NCBI GenBank assembly: GCA_964016885.1
Contig: OZ024741.1
Span: forward strand, 210,986,001-211,050,000
Direction: 5' to 3'
DNA: 64,000 bases
From: Eledone cirrhosa
Lineage: Eukaryota
Both the position numbers and the translations under genes were made by a program. Positions 14,801 through 28,804 of the stretch are shown here, one piece after another. Within the stretch, counting starts at the first letter, position 1; each line of letters begins with the position of its first letter. The notes under the pieces were generated by a model. The model ran no database searches, was not told the DNA's origin, and saw nothing but the letters and a program-made list of their open reading frames with translations.

Positions 14801-17800
14801 CTCTCTCAGCCACAGTCCACTGTCTCAGCCACAGTCCACCTATCTCAGCCTCAGTCCACTGTCTCAGTCTCAGTCCACTGTCTCAGCCACAGTCCACCTA
14901 TCTCAGCCACAGTCCACCTATCTCAGCCACAGACCACTTATCTCAGTCTCAGTCCACCTATCTCAGTCTCAGTCCACTGTCTCAGCCTCAGTCCACCTAT
15001 CTCAGTCACAGTCCACCTATCTCAGTCTCAGTCCACTGTCTCAGCCACAGACCACTTATCTCAGTCTCAGTCCACCTATCTCAGCCTCAGTCCACCTATC
15101 TCAGCCACAGTCCACCTATCTCAGCCACAGTCCACTGTCTCATCCTCAGTCAACCTATCTCAGCCACAGTCCACAGTCTCAGCCTCAGTCCACCTATCTC
15201 AGTCTCAGTCCACCTACCTCAGCCTCAGTCCACCTATCTCAGCCATAGTCCACCTATCTCAGCCACAGTCCACTGTCTCATCCTCAGTCAACCTATCTCA
15301 GCCACAGTCCACAGTCTCAGCCTCAGTCCACTGTCTCAGTCTCAGTCCACTGTCTCAGCCACAGTCCACTGTGTCAGCCTCAGTACACCTATCTCAGCCA
15401 CACTCCACTGTCTCAGCCTCAGTACACCTATCTCAGTCTCAGTCCACTGTCTCAGCCACAGTCCACTGTCTCAGCCACAATCCACCTAACTCAGCCAGAG
15501 TCCACTGTCTCAGCCACAGTCCACTGTCTCAGCCTCAGTCCACTGTCTCAGCCTCAGTCCACCTATCTCAGCCACAGTCCACCTATCTCAGCCACAGTCC
15601 ACTGTCTCAGCCTCAGTCCACCTATCTCAGCCACAGTCCACCTATCTCAGTCTCAGTCCACCTACCTCAGCCACAGTCCACCTATCTCAGCCTCAGTTCA
15701 CCTATCTCAGCCACAGTCCACCTATCTCAGCCACAGTGCACTGTCTCATCCTCAGTCAACCTATCTTAGCCACAGTCCACAGTCTCAGCCTCAGTCCACC
15801 TATCTCAGTCTCAGTCTACCTACCTCAGCCTCAGTCCACCTATCTCAGCCATAGTCCACCTATCTCAGCCACAGTCCACTGTCTCATCCTCAGTCAACCT
15901 ATCTCAGCCTCAGTCCACTGTCTCAGTCTCAGTCCACTGTCTCAGCCACAGTCCACTGTCTCAGCCTCAGTACACCTATCTCAGCCACAGTCCACTGTCT
16001 CAGCCTCAGTACACCTATCTCAGCTTCAGTCCACCTCTCTCAGCCACAGTCCACCTATCTCAGCCTCAGTCCACTGTCTCAGTCTCAGTCCACTCTCTCA
16101 GCCACAGTCCACTGTCTCAGCCACAGTCCACCTATCTCAGCCTCAGTCCACTGTCTCAGTCTCAGTCCACTGTCTCAGCCACAGTCCACCTATCTCAGCC
16201 ACAGTCCACCTATCTCAGCCACAGACCACTTATCTCAGTCTCAGTCCACCTATCTCAGTCTCAGTCCACAGTCTCAGCCTCAGTCCACCTATCTCAGTCA
16301 CAGTCCACCTATCTCAGTCTCAGTCCACTGTCTCAGCCACAGACCACTTATCTCAGTCTCAGTCCACCTATCTCAGCCTCAGTCCACCTATCTCAGCCAC
16401 AGTCCACCTATCTCAGCCACAGTCCACTGTCTCATCCTCAGTCAACCTATCTCAGCCACAGTCCACAGTCTCAGCCTCAGTCCACCTATCTCAGTCTCAG
16501 TCCACCTACCTCAGCCTCAGTCCACCTATCTCAGCCATAGTCCACGTATCTCAGCCACAGTCCACTGTCTCATCCTCAGTCAACCTATCTCAGCCACAGT
16601 CCACAGTCTCAGCCTCAGTCCACTGTCTCAGTCTCAGTCCACTGTCTCAGCCACAGTCCACTGTCTCAGCCTCAGTACACCTATCTCAGCCACAGTCCAC
16701 TGTCTCAGCCTCAGTACACCTATCTCAGTCTCAGTCCACTGTCTCAGCCACAGTCCACTGTCTCAGCCACAATCCACCTAACTCAGCCAGAGTCCACTGT
16801 CTCAGCCACAGTCCACTGTCTCAGCCTCAGTCCACTGTCTCAGCCTCAGTCCACCTATCTCAGCCACAGTCCACCTATCTCAGCCACAGTCCACTGTCTC
16901 AGCCTCAGTCCACCTATCTCAGCCACAGTCCACCTATCTCAGTCTCAGTCCACCTACCTCAGCCTCAGTCCACCTATCTCAGCCTCAGTCCACCTATCTC
17001 AGCCACAGTCCACCTATCTCAGCCACAGTGCACTGTCTCATCCTCAGTCAACCTATCTCAGCCACAGTCCACAGTCTCAGCCTCAGTCCACCTATCTCAG
17101 TCTCAGTCCACCTACCTCAGCCTCAGTCCACCTATCTCAGCCATAGTCCACCTATCTCAGCCACAGTCCACTGTCTCATCCTCAGTCAACCTATCTCAGC
17201 CTCAGTCCACTGTCTCAGTCTCAGTCCACTGTCTCAGCCACGGTCCACTGTCTCAGCCTCAGTACACCTATCTCAGCCACAGTCCACTGTCTCAGCCTCA
17301 GTACACCTATCTCAGTCTCAGTCCACTGTCTCAGCCACAGTCCACTGTCTCAGCCACAATCCACCTAACTCAGCCAGAGTCCACTGTCTCAGCCACAGTC
17401 CACTGTCTCAGCCTCAGTCCAGTGTCAGCCTCAGTCCACCTATCTCAGCCACAGTCCACCTATCTCAGCCACAGTCCACTGTCTCAGCCTGAGTCCACCT
17501 ATCTCAGCCACAGTCCACCTATCTCAGTCTCAGTCCACCTACCTCAGCCTCAGTCCACCTATCTCAGCCACAGTCCACGTATCTCAGCCACAGTCCACTA
17601 TCTCAGCCTCAGTCCACTGTCTCAGTCTCAGTCCACAGTCTCAGCCACAGTCCACTGTCTCAGCCACAGTCCACCTATCTCAGCCACAGTCCACTGTCTC
17701 AGCCTCAGTCCACCTATCTCAGCCACAGTCCACCTATCTCAGCCACAGTCCACTGTCTCAGCCTCAGTCCACCTATCTCAGCCACAGTCCACCTATCTCA

Positions 17801-20683
17801 GCCACAGTCCACTGTCTCAGCCACAGTCCATTGTCTCAGCCTCAGTCCACTGTCTCAGCCTCAGTACACCTATCTCAGCCACAGTCCACTGTCTCAGCCT
17901 CAGTCCACCTATCTCAGCCACAGTCCACCTATCTCAGCCACAGTCCACTGTCTCAACCACAGTCCACTGTCTCAGCCTCAGTCCACTGTCTCAGCCTCAG
18001 TCCACCTATCTCAGCCACAGTCCACTGTCTCAGCCACAGTCCACTGTCTCAGCCTCAGTTCACTGTCTCAGCCACAGTCCACTGTCTCAGCTACAGTCCA
18101 CTGTCTGAGCCACAGTCCATTGTCTCAGCCTCAGTCCACTGTCTCAGCCTCAGTACACCTATCTCAGCCACAGTCCACTGTCTCAGCCTCAGTCCACCTA
18201 TCTCAGCCACAGTCCACCTATCTCAGCCACAGACCACTTATCTCAGTCTCAGTCCACCTATCTCAGTCTCAGTCCACTGTCTCAGCCTCAGTCCACCTAT
18301 CTCAGTCACAGTCCACCTATCTCAGTCTCAGTCCACTGTCTCAGCCACAGACCACTAATCTCAGTCTCAGTCCACCTATCTCAGTCTCAGTCCACCTATC
18401 TCAGCCTCAGTCCAACTATCTCAGCCACAGTCCACCTATCTCAGCCACAGTCCACTGTCTCATCCTCAGTCAACCTATCTCAGCCACAGTCCACAGTCTC
18501 AGCCTCAGTCCACCTATCTCAGCCACAGTCTCACTGTCTCAGCCTCAGTCCACTCTCTCAGCCACAGTCCACTTATGTCAGTCTCAGTCCACTGTCTCAG
18601 CCACAGTCCAATGTCTCAGCCTCAGTCCACTGTCTCAGCCACAGTCCACAGTCTCAGCCTCAGTCCACCTATCTCAGTCTCAGTCCACCTATCTCAGTCT
18701 CAGTCCACCTATCTCAGCTTCAGTCCACCTCTCTCAGCCACAGTCCACCTATCTCAGCCTCAGTCCACTGTCTCAGTCTCAGTCCACTCTCTCAGCCACA
18801 GTCCACTGTCTCAGCCACAGTCCACCTATCTCAGCCTCAGTCCACTGTCTCAGTCTCAGTCCACTGTCTCAGCCACAGTCCACCTATCTCAGCCACAGTC
18901 CACCTATCTCAGCCACAGACCACTTATCTCAGTCTCAGTCCACCTATCTCAGTCTCAGTCCACTGTCTCAGCCTCAGTCCACCTATCTCAGTCACAGTCC
19001 ACCTATCTCAGTCTCAGTCCACTGTCTCAGCCACAGACCACTTATCTCAGTCTCAGTCCACCTATCTCAGCCTCAGTCCACCTATCTCAGCCACAGTCCA
19101 CCTATCTCAGCCACAGTCCACTGTCTCATCCTCAGTCAACCTATCTCAGCCACAGTCCACAGTCTCAGCCTCAGTCCACCTATCTCAGTCTCAGTCCACC
19201 TACCTCAGCCTCAGTCCACCTATCTCAGCCATAGTCCACCTATCTCAGCCACAGTCCACTGTCTCATCCTCAGTCAACCTATCTCAGCCACAGTCCACAG
19301 TCTCAGCCTCAGTCCACTGTCTCAGTCTCAGTCCACTGTCTCAGCCACAGTCCACTGTCTCAGCCTCAGTACACCTATCTCAGCCACAGTCCACTGTCTC
19401 AGCCTCAGTACACCTATCTCAGTCTCAGTCCACTGTCTCAGCCACAGTCCACTGTCTCAGCCACAATCCACCTAACTCAGCCAGAGTCCACTGTCTCAGC
19501 CACAGTCCACTGTCTCAGCCTCAGTCCACTGTCTCAGCCTCAGTCCACCTATCTCAGCCACAGTCCACCTATCTCAGCCACAGTCCACTGTCTCAGCCTC
19601 AGTCCACCTATCTCAGCCACAGTCCACCTATCTCAGTCTCAGTCCACCTACCTCAGCCTCAGTCCACCTATCTCAGCCTCATTCCACCTATCTCAGCCAC
19701 AGTCCACCTATCTCAGCCACAGTGCACTGTCTCATCCTCAGTCAACCTATCTCAGCCACAGTCCACAGTCTCAGCCTCAGTCCACCTATCTCAGTCTCAG
19801 TCCACCTACCTCAGCCTCAGTCCACCTATCTCAGCCATAGTCCACCTATCTCAGCCACAGTCCACTGTCTCATCCTCAGTCAACCTATCTCAGCCTCAGT
19901 CCACTGTCTCAGTCTCAGTCCACTGTCTCAGCCACGGTCCACTGTCTCAGCCTCAGTACACCTATCTCAGCCACAGTCCACTGTCTCAGCCTCAGTACAC
20001 CTATCTCAGTCTCAGTCCACTGTCTCAGCCACAGTCCACTGTCTCAGCCACAATCCACCTAACTCAGCCAGAGTCCACTGTCTCAGCCACAGTCCACTGT
20101 CTCAGCCTCAGTCCAGTGTCAGCCTCAGTCCACCTATCTCAGCCACAGTCCACCTATCTCAGCCACAGTCCACTGTCTCAGCCTGAGTCCACCTATCTCA
20201 GCCACAGTCCACCTATCTCAGTCTCAGTCCACCTACCTCAGCCTCAGTCCACCTATCTCAGCCACAGTCCACGTATCTCAGCCACAGTCCACTATCTCAG
20301 CCTCAGTCCACTGTCTCAGTCTCAGTCCACAGTCTCAGCCACAGTCCACTGTCTCAGCCACAGTCCACCTATCTCAGCCACAGTCCACTGTCTCAGCCTC
20401 AGTCCACCTATCTCAGCCACAGTCCACCTATCTCAGCCACAGTCCACTGTCTCAGCCTCAGTCCACCTATCTCAGCCACAGTCCACCTATCTCAGCCACA
20501 GTCCACTGTCTCAGCCACAGTCCATTGTCTCAGCCTCAGTCCACTGTCTCAGCCTCAGTACACCTATCTCAGCCACAGTCCACTGTCTCAGCCTCAGTCC
20601 ACCTATCTCAGCCACAGTCCACCTATCTCAGCCACAGTCCACTGTCTCAACCACAGTCCACTGTCTCAGCCTCAGTCCACAGT
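8810..20683 (+). repeat. Near-identical 5,937-bp tandem duplication (about 8810-14746 and 14747-20683)
   Basis: ORF starts 9799/15736, 11091/17028, 11894/17831, 12183/18120, 12638/18575, 13785/19722, 14179/20116 and 14588/20525 all differ by 5937. At about 14750 the variant order jumps back to that seen at about 8813. Confidence 0.92.
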
Positions 20684-23500
20684 CTCAGCCTCAGTCCACC
20701 TATCTCAGCCACAGTCCACTGTCTCAGCCACAGTCCACTGTCTCAGCCTCAGTTCACTGTCTCAGCCACAGTCCACTGTCTCAGCTACAGTCCACTGTCT
20801 GAGCCACAGTCCATTGTCTCAGCCTCAGTCCACTGTCTCAGCCTCAGTACACCTATCTCAGCCACAGTCCACTGTCTCAGCCTCAGTCCACCTATCTCAG
20901 CCACAGTCCACCTATCTCAGCCACAGACCACTTATCTCAGTCTCAGTCCACCTATCTCAGTCTCAGTCCACTGTCTCAGCCTCAGTCCACCTATCTCAGT
21001 CACAGTCCACCTATCTCAGTCTCAGTCCACTGTCTCAGCCACAGACCACTAATCTCAGTCTCAGTCCACCTATCTCAGTCTCAGTCCACCTATCTCAGCC
21101 TCAGTCCAACTATCTCAGCCACAGTCCACCTATCTCAGCCACAGTCCACTGTCTCATCCTCAGTCAACCTATCTCAGCCACAGTCCACAGTCTCAGCCTC
21201 AGTCCACCTATCTCAGCCACAGTCTCACTGTCTCAGCCTCAGTCCACTCTCTCAGCCACAGTCCACTTATGTCAGTCTCAGTCCACTGTCTCAGCCACAG
21301 TCCAATGTCTCAGCCTCAGTCCACTGTCTCAGCCACAGTCCACAGTCTCAGCCTCAGTCCACCTATCTCAGTCTCAGTCCACCTATCTCAGTCTCAGTCC
21401 ACCTATCTCAGCTTCAGTCCACCTCTCTCAGCCACAGTCCACCTATCTCAGCCTCAGTCCACTGTCTCAGTCTCAGTCCACTCTCTCAGCCACAGTCCAC
21501 TGTCTCAGCCACAGTCCACCTATCTCAGCCTCAGTCCACTGTCTCAGTCTCAGTCCACTGTCTCAGCCACAGTCCACCTATCTCAGCCACAGTCCACCTA
21601 TCTCAGCCACAGACCACTTATCTCAGTCTCAGTCCACCTATCTCAGTCTCAGTCCACTGTCTCAGCCTCAGTCCACCTATCTCAGTCACAGTCCACCTAT
21701 CTCAGTCTCAGTCCACTGTCTCAGCCACAGACCACTTATCTCAGTCTCAGTCCACCTATCTCAGCCTCAGTCCACCTATCTCAGCCACAGTCCACCTATC
21801 TCAGCCACAGTCCACTGTCTCATCCTCAGTCAACCTATCTCAGCCACAGTCCACAGTCTCAGCCTCAGTCCACCTATCTCAGTCTCAGTCCACCTACCTC
21901 AGCCTCAGTCCACCTATCTCAGCCATAGTCCACCTATCTCAGCCACAGTCCACTGTCTCATCCTCAGTCAACCTATCTCAGCCACAGTCCACAGTCTCAG
22001 CCTCAGTCCACTGTCTCAGTCTCAGTCCACTGTCTCAGCCACAGTCCACTGTCTCAGCCTCAGTACACCTATCTCAGCCACAGTCCACTGTCTCAGCCTC
22101 AGTACACCTATCTCAGTCTCAGTCCACTGTCTCAGCCACAGTCCACTGTCTCAGCCACAATCCACCTAACTCAGCCAGAGTCCACTGTCTCAGCCACAGT
22201 CCACTGTCTCAGCCTCAGTCCACTGTCTCAGCCTCAGTCCACCTATCTCAGCCACAGTCCACCTATCTCAGCCACAGTCCACTGTCTCAGCCTCAGTCCA
22301 CCTATCTCAGCCACAGTCCACCTATCTCAGTCTCAGTCCACCTACCTCAGCCTCAGTCCACCTATCTCAGCCTCAGTCCACCTATCTCAGCCACAGTCCA
22401 CCTATCTCAGCCACAGTGCACTGTCTCATCCTCAGTCAACCTATCTCAGCCACAGTCCACAGTCTCAGCCTCAGTCCACCTATCTCAGTCTCAGTCCACC
22501 TACCTCAGCCTCAGTCCACCTATCTCAGCCATAGTCCACCTATCTCAGCCACAGTCCACTGTCTCATCCTCAGTCAACCTATCTCAGCCTCAGTCCACTG
22601 TCTCAGTCTCAGTCCACTGTCTCAGCCACAGTCCACTGTCTCAGCCTCAGTACACCTATCTCAGCCACAGTCCACTGTCTCAGCCTCAGTACACCTATCT
22701 CAGTCTCAGTCCACTGTCTCAGCCACAGTCCACTGTCTCAGCCACAATCCACCTAACTCAGCCAGAGTCCACTGTCTCAGCCACAGTCCACTGTCTCAGC
22801 CTCAGTCCACTGTGTCAGCCTCAGTCCACCTATCTCAGCCACAGTCCACCTATCTCAGCCACAGTCCACTGTCTCAGCCTCAGTCCACCTATCTCAGCCA
22901 CAGTCCACCTATCTCAGTCTCAGTCCACCTACCTCAGCCTCAGTCCACCTATCTCAGCCACAGTCCACGTATCTCAGCCACAGTCCACTATCTCAGCCTC
23001 AGTCCACTGTCTCAGTCTCAGTCCACAGTCTCAGCCACAGTCCACTGTCTCAGCCACAGTCCACCTATCTCAGCCACAGTCCACTGTCTCAGCCTCAGTC
23101 CACCTATCTCAGCCACAGTCCACCTATCTCTGCCACAGTCCACTGTCTCAGCCTCAGTCCACCTATCTCAGCCACAGTCCACCTATCTCAGCCACAGTCC
23201 ACTGTCTCAGCCACAGTCCATTGTCTCAGCCTCAGTCCACTGTCTCAGCCTCAGTACACCTATCTCAGCCACAGTCCACTGTCTCAGCCTCAGTCCACCT
23301 ATCTCAGCCACAGTCCACCTATCTCAGCCACAGTCCACTGTCTCAGCCACAGTCCACTGTCTCAGCCTCAGTCCACTGTCTCAGCCTCAGTCCACCTATC
23401 TCAGCCACAGTCCACTGTCTCAGCCACAGTCCACTGTCTCAGCCTCAGTTCACTGTCTCAGCCACAGTCCACTGTCTCAGCTACAGTCCACTGTCTGAGC
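11050..23500 (+). repeat. Higher-order repeat unit of about 2,694 bp, partly nested in the 5,937-bp duplication
   Basis: The gtgcac landmarks 11091->13785 and 17028->19722->22416 and the ORF starts 17831->20525, 18120->20814 and 18575->21269 all differ by 2694. Confidence 0.88.
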
Positions 23501-26500
23501 CACAGTCCATTGTCTCAGCCTCAGTCCACTGTCTCAGCCTCAGTACACCTATCTCAGCCACAGTCCACTGTCTCAGCCTCAGTCCACCTATCTCAGCCAC
23601 AGTCCACCTATCTTAGCCACAGTCCACTGTCTCAGCCACAGTCCATTGTCTCAGCCTCAGTCCACTGTCTCATCCTCAGTACACCTATCTCAGCCACAGT
23701 CCACTGTCTCAGCCTCAGTCCACCTATCTCAGCCACAGTCCATCTATCTCAGCCACAGTCCACTGTCTCAGCCACAGTCCATTGTCTCAGCCTCAGTCCA
23801 CCGTCTCAGCCTCAGTACACCTATCTCAGCCACAGTCCACTGTCTCAGCCACAATCCACCTATCTCAGCCAGAGTCCACCGTCTCAGCCACAGTCCACTG
23901 TCTCAGCCACAGTCCACTGTCTCAGTCTCATTCCACTGTCTCAGCCTCAGTCCACCTATCTCAGTCTCAGTCCACTGTCTCTGCCTCAGTCCACCTATCT
24001 CAGTCACAGTCCACTGTCTCAGCCACAGTCCACTGTCTCAGCCACAGTCCACCTATCTCAGCCACAGTCCACCTATCTCAGCCACAGTCCACTTATCTCA
24101 GTCTCAGTCCACTGTCTCAGCCACAGTCCACTGTCTCAGTCTCAGTCCACTGTCTCAGCCTCAGTCCACTGTCTCAGCCTCAGTCCACTGTCTTAGCCTC
24201 AGTCCACCTATCTCAGTCTCAGTTCACTGTCTCAGCCACAGTCCACTGTCTCTATCTCGGTCCACCTATCTCAGCCACAGTCCACTGTCTCAGCCACAGT
24301 CCACTGTCTCAGCCACAGTCCACTGTCTCAGCTACAGTCCACTGTCTCGGCCACAGTCCACTGTCTCAGCCTCAGTCCACTGTCTCAGCCACAGTCCACT
24401 TATCTCAGCCTCAGTCCACTGTCTCAGTCTCAGTCCACCTATCTCAGCCACAGTCCACTTATCTCAGCCACAGTCCACTGTCTCAGCCTCAGTCCACTGT
24501 CTCAGCCACAGTCCACTGTCTCAGCCACAGACCACTTATCTCAGTCTCAGTCCACCTATCTCAGCCACAGTCCACTTATCTCAGTCTCAGTCCACTGTCT
24601 CAGCCACAGTCCACTGTCTCATCCTCAGTCCACCTATCTCAGCCACAGTCCACAGTCTCAGCCTCAGTCCACCTACCTCAGCCTCAGTCCACCTATCTCA
24701 GCCACAGTCCACGTATCTCAGCCACAGTCCACTGTCTCAGCCTCAGTCCACTGTCTCAGCCACAGTCCACTGTCTCAGCCTCAATACACCTATCTCAGCC
24801 ACAGTCCACTGTCTCAGCCACAGTCCACTGTCTCAGCCTCAGTCCACTGTCTCAGCCACAGTCCACCTATCTCAGCCACAGTCCACTGTCTCAGCCTCAG
24901 TCCACCTATCTCAGTCACAGTCCACCTATCTCAGTCTCAGTCCACTGTCTCAGCCACAGACCACTTATCTCAGTCTCAGTCCACCTATCTCAGTCTCAGT
25001 CCACCTATCTCAGCCTCAGTCCAACTATCTCAGCCACAGTCCACCTATCTCAGCCACAGTCCACTGTCTCATCCTCAGTCAACCTATCTCAGCCACAGTC
25101 CACAGTCTCAGCCTCAGTCCACCTATCTCAGCCACAGTCTCACTGTCTCAGCCTCAGTCCACTCTCTCAGCCACAGTCCACTTATGTCAGTCTCAGTCCA
25201 CTGTCTCAGCCACAGTCCAATGTCTCAGCCTCAGTCCACTGTCTCAGCCACAGTCCACAGTCTCAGCCTCAGTCCACCTATCTCAGTCTCAGTCCACCTA
25301 TCTCAGTCTCAGTCCACCTATCTCAGCTTCAGTCCACCTCTCTCAGCCACAGTCCACCTATCTCAGCCTCAGTCCACTGTCTCAGTCTCAGTCCACTCTC
25401 TCAGCCACAGTCCACTGTCTCAGCCACAGTCCACCTATCTCAGCCTCAGTCCACTGTCTCAGTCTCAGTCCACTGTCTCAGCCACAGTCCACCTATCTCA
25501 GCCACAGTCCACCTATCTCAGCCACAGACCACTTATCTCAGTCTCAGTCCACCTATCTCAGTCTCAGTCCACTGTCTCAGCCTCAGTCCACCTATCTCAG
25601 TCACAGTCCACCTATCTCAGTCTCAGTCCACTGTCTCAGCCACAGACCACTTATCTCAGTCTCAGTCCACCTATCTCAGCCTCAGTCCACCTATCTCAGC
25701 CACAGTCCACCTATCTCAGCCACAGTCCACTGTCTCATCCTCAGTCAACCTATCTCAGCCACAGTCCACAGTCTCAGCCTCAGTCCACCTATCTCAGTCT
25801 CAGTCCACCTACCTCAGCCTCAGTCCACCTATCTCAGCCATAGTCCACCTATCTCAGCCACAGTCCACTGTCTCATCCTCAGTCAACCTATCTCAGCCAC
25901 AGTCCACAGTCTCAGCCTCAGTCCACTGTCTCAGTCTCAGTCCACTGTCTCAGCCACAGTCCACTGTCTCAGCCTCAGTACACCTATCTCAGCCACAGTC
26001 CACTGTCTCAGCCTCAGTACACCTATCTCAGTCTCAGTCCACTGTCTCAGCCACAGTCCACTGTCTCAGCCACAATCCACCTAACTCAGCCAGAGTCCAC
26101 TGTCTCAGCCACAGTCCACTGTCTCAGCCTCAGTCCACTGTCTCAGCCTCAGTCCACCTATCTCAGCCACAGTCCACCTATCTCAGCCACAGTCCACTGT
26201 CTCAGCCTCAGTCCACCTATCTCAGCCACAGTCCACCTATCTCAGTCTCAGTCCACCTACCTCAGCCTCAGTCCACCTATCTCAGCCTCAGTCCACCTAT
26301 CTCAGCCACAGTCCACCTATCTCAGCCACAGTGCACTGTCTCATCCTCAGTCAACCTATCTCAGCCACAGTCCACAGTCTCAGCCTCAGTCCACCTATCT
26401 CAGTCTCAGTCCACCTACCTCAGCCTCAGTCCACCTATCTCAGCCATAGTCCACCTATCTCAGCCACAGTCCACTGTCTCATCCTCAGTCAACCTATCTC

Positions 26501-28804
26501 AGCCTCAGTCCACTGTCTCAGTCTCAGTCCACTGTCTCAGCCACAGTCCACTGTCTCAGCCTCAGTACACCTATCTCAGCCACAGTCCACTGTCTCAGCC
26601 TCAGTACACCTATCTCAGTCTCAGTCCACTGTCTCAGCCACAGTCCACTGTCTCAGCCACAATCCACCTAACTCAGCCAGAGTCCACTGTCTCAGCCACA
26701 GTCCACTGTCTCAGCCTCAGTCCACTGTGTCAGCCTCAGTCCACCTATTTCAGCCACAGTCCACCTATCTCAGCCACAGTCCACTGTCTCAGCCTCAGTC
26801 CACCTATCTCAGCCACAGTCCACCTATCTCAGTCTCAGTCCACCTACCTCAGCCTCAGTCCACCTATCTCAGCCACAGTCCACGTATCTCAGCCACAGTC
26901 CACTATCTCAGCCTCAGTCCACTGTCTCAGTCTCAGTCCACAGTCTCAGCCACAGTCCACTGTCTCAGCCACAGTCCACCTATCTCAGCCACAGTCCACT
27001 GTCTCAGCCTCAGTCCACCTATCTCAGCCACAGTCCACCTATCTCTGCCACAGTCCACTGTCTCAGCCTCAGTCCACCTATCTCAGCCACAGTCCACCTA
27101 TCTCAGCCACAGTCCACTGTCTCAGCCACAGTCCATTGTCTCAGCCTCAGTCCACTGTCTCAGCCTCAGTACACCTATCTCAGCCACAGTCCACTGTCTC
27201 AGCCTCAGTCCACCTATCTCAGCCACAGTCCACCTATCTCAGCCACAGTCCACTGTCTCAGCCACAGTCCACTGTCTCAGCCTCAGTCCACTGTCTCAGC
27301 CTCAGTCCACCTATCTCATCCACAGTCCACTGTCTCAGCCACAGTCCACTGTCTCAGCCTCAGTTCACTGTCTCAGCCACAGTCCACTGTCTCAGCTACA
27401 GTCCACTGTCTGAGCCACAGTCCATTGTCTCAGCCTCAGTCCACTGTCTCAGCCTCAGTACACCTATCTCAGCCACAGTCCACTGTCTCAGCCTCAGTCC
27501 ACCTATCTCAGCCACAGTCCACCTATCTCAGCCACAGTCCACTGTCTCAGCCACAGTCCATTGTCTCAGCCTCAGTCCACTGTCTCATCCTCAGTACACC
27601 TATCTCAGCCACAGTCCACTGTCTCAGCCTCAGTCCACCTATCTCAGCCACAGTCCACCTATCTCAGCCACAGTCCACTGTCTCAGCCACAGTCCATTGT
27701 CTCAGCCTCAGTCCACCGTCTCAGCCTCAGTACACCTATCTCAGCCACAGTCCACTGTCTCAGCCACAATCCACCTATCTCAGCCAGAGTCCACCGTCTC
27801 AGCCACAGTCCACTGTCTCAGCCACAGTCCACTGTCTCAGTCTCATTCCACTGTCTCAGCCTCAGTCCACCTATCTCAGTCTCAGTCCACTGTCTCTGCC
27901 TCAGTCCACCTATCTCAGTCACAGTCCACTGTCTCAGCCACAGTCCACTGTCTCAGCCACAGTCCACCTATCTCAGCCACAGTCCACCTATCTCAGCCAC
28001 AGTCCACTTATCTCAGTCTCAGTCCACTGTCTCAGCCACAGTCCACTGTCTCAGTCTCAGTCCACTGTCTCAGCCTCAGTCCACTGTCTCAGCCTCAGTC
28101 CACTGTCTTAGCCTCAGTCCACCTATCTCAGTCTCAGTTCACTGTCTCAGCCACAGTCCACTGTCTCTATCTCGGTCCACCTATCTCAGCCACAGTCCAC
28201 TGTCTCAGCCACAGTCCACTGTCTCAGCCACAGTCCACTGTCTCAGCTACAGTCCACTGTCTCGGCCACAGTCCACTGTCTCAGCCTCAGTCCACTGTCT
28301 CAGCCACAGTCCACTTATCTCAGCCTCAGTCCACTGTCTCAGTCTCAGTCCACCTATCTCAGCCACAGTCCACTTATCTCAGCCACAGTCCACTGTCTCA
28401 GCCTCAGTCCACTGTCTCAGCCACAGTCCACTGTCTCAGCCACAGACCACTTATCTCAGTCTCAGTCCACCTATCTCAGCCACAGTCCACTTATCTCAGT
28501 CTCAGTCCACTGTCTCAGCCACAGTCCACTGTCTCATCCTCAGTCCACCTATCTCAGCCACAGTCCACAGTCTCAGCCTCAGTCCACCTACCTCAGCCTC
28601 AGTCCACCTATCTCAGCCACAGTCCACGTATCTCAGCCACAGTCCACTGTCTCAGCCTCAGTCCACTGTCTCAGCCACAGTCCACTGTCTCAGCCTCAAT
28701 ACACCTATCTCAGCCACAGTCCACTGTCTCAGCCACAGTCCACTGTCTCAGCCTCAGTCCACTGTCTCAGCCACAGTCCACCTATCTCAGCCACAGTCCA
28801 CTGT
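20975..28804 (+). repeat. 3,915-bp tandem duplication (about 20975-24889 and 24890-28804)
   Basis: Landmarks 21269->25184, 22416->26331, 23510->27425, 23646->27561 and tctatctcgg 24251->28166 all differ by 3915. Confidence 0.9.

Noticed and set aside
4038-26339. Functional V(D)J recombination signal sequences or antigen-receptor gene segments
   Set aside because: Only the heptamer is present. There is no nonamer at 12- or 23-bp spacing and no V, D or J coding segments.
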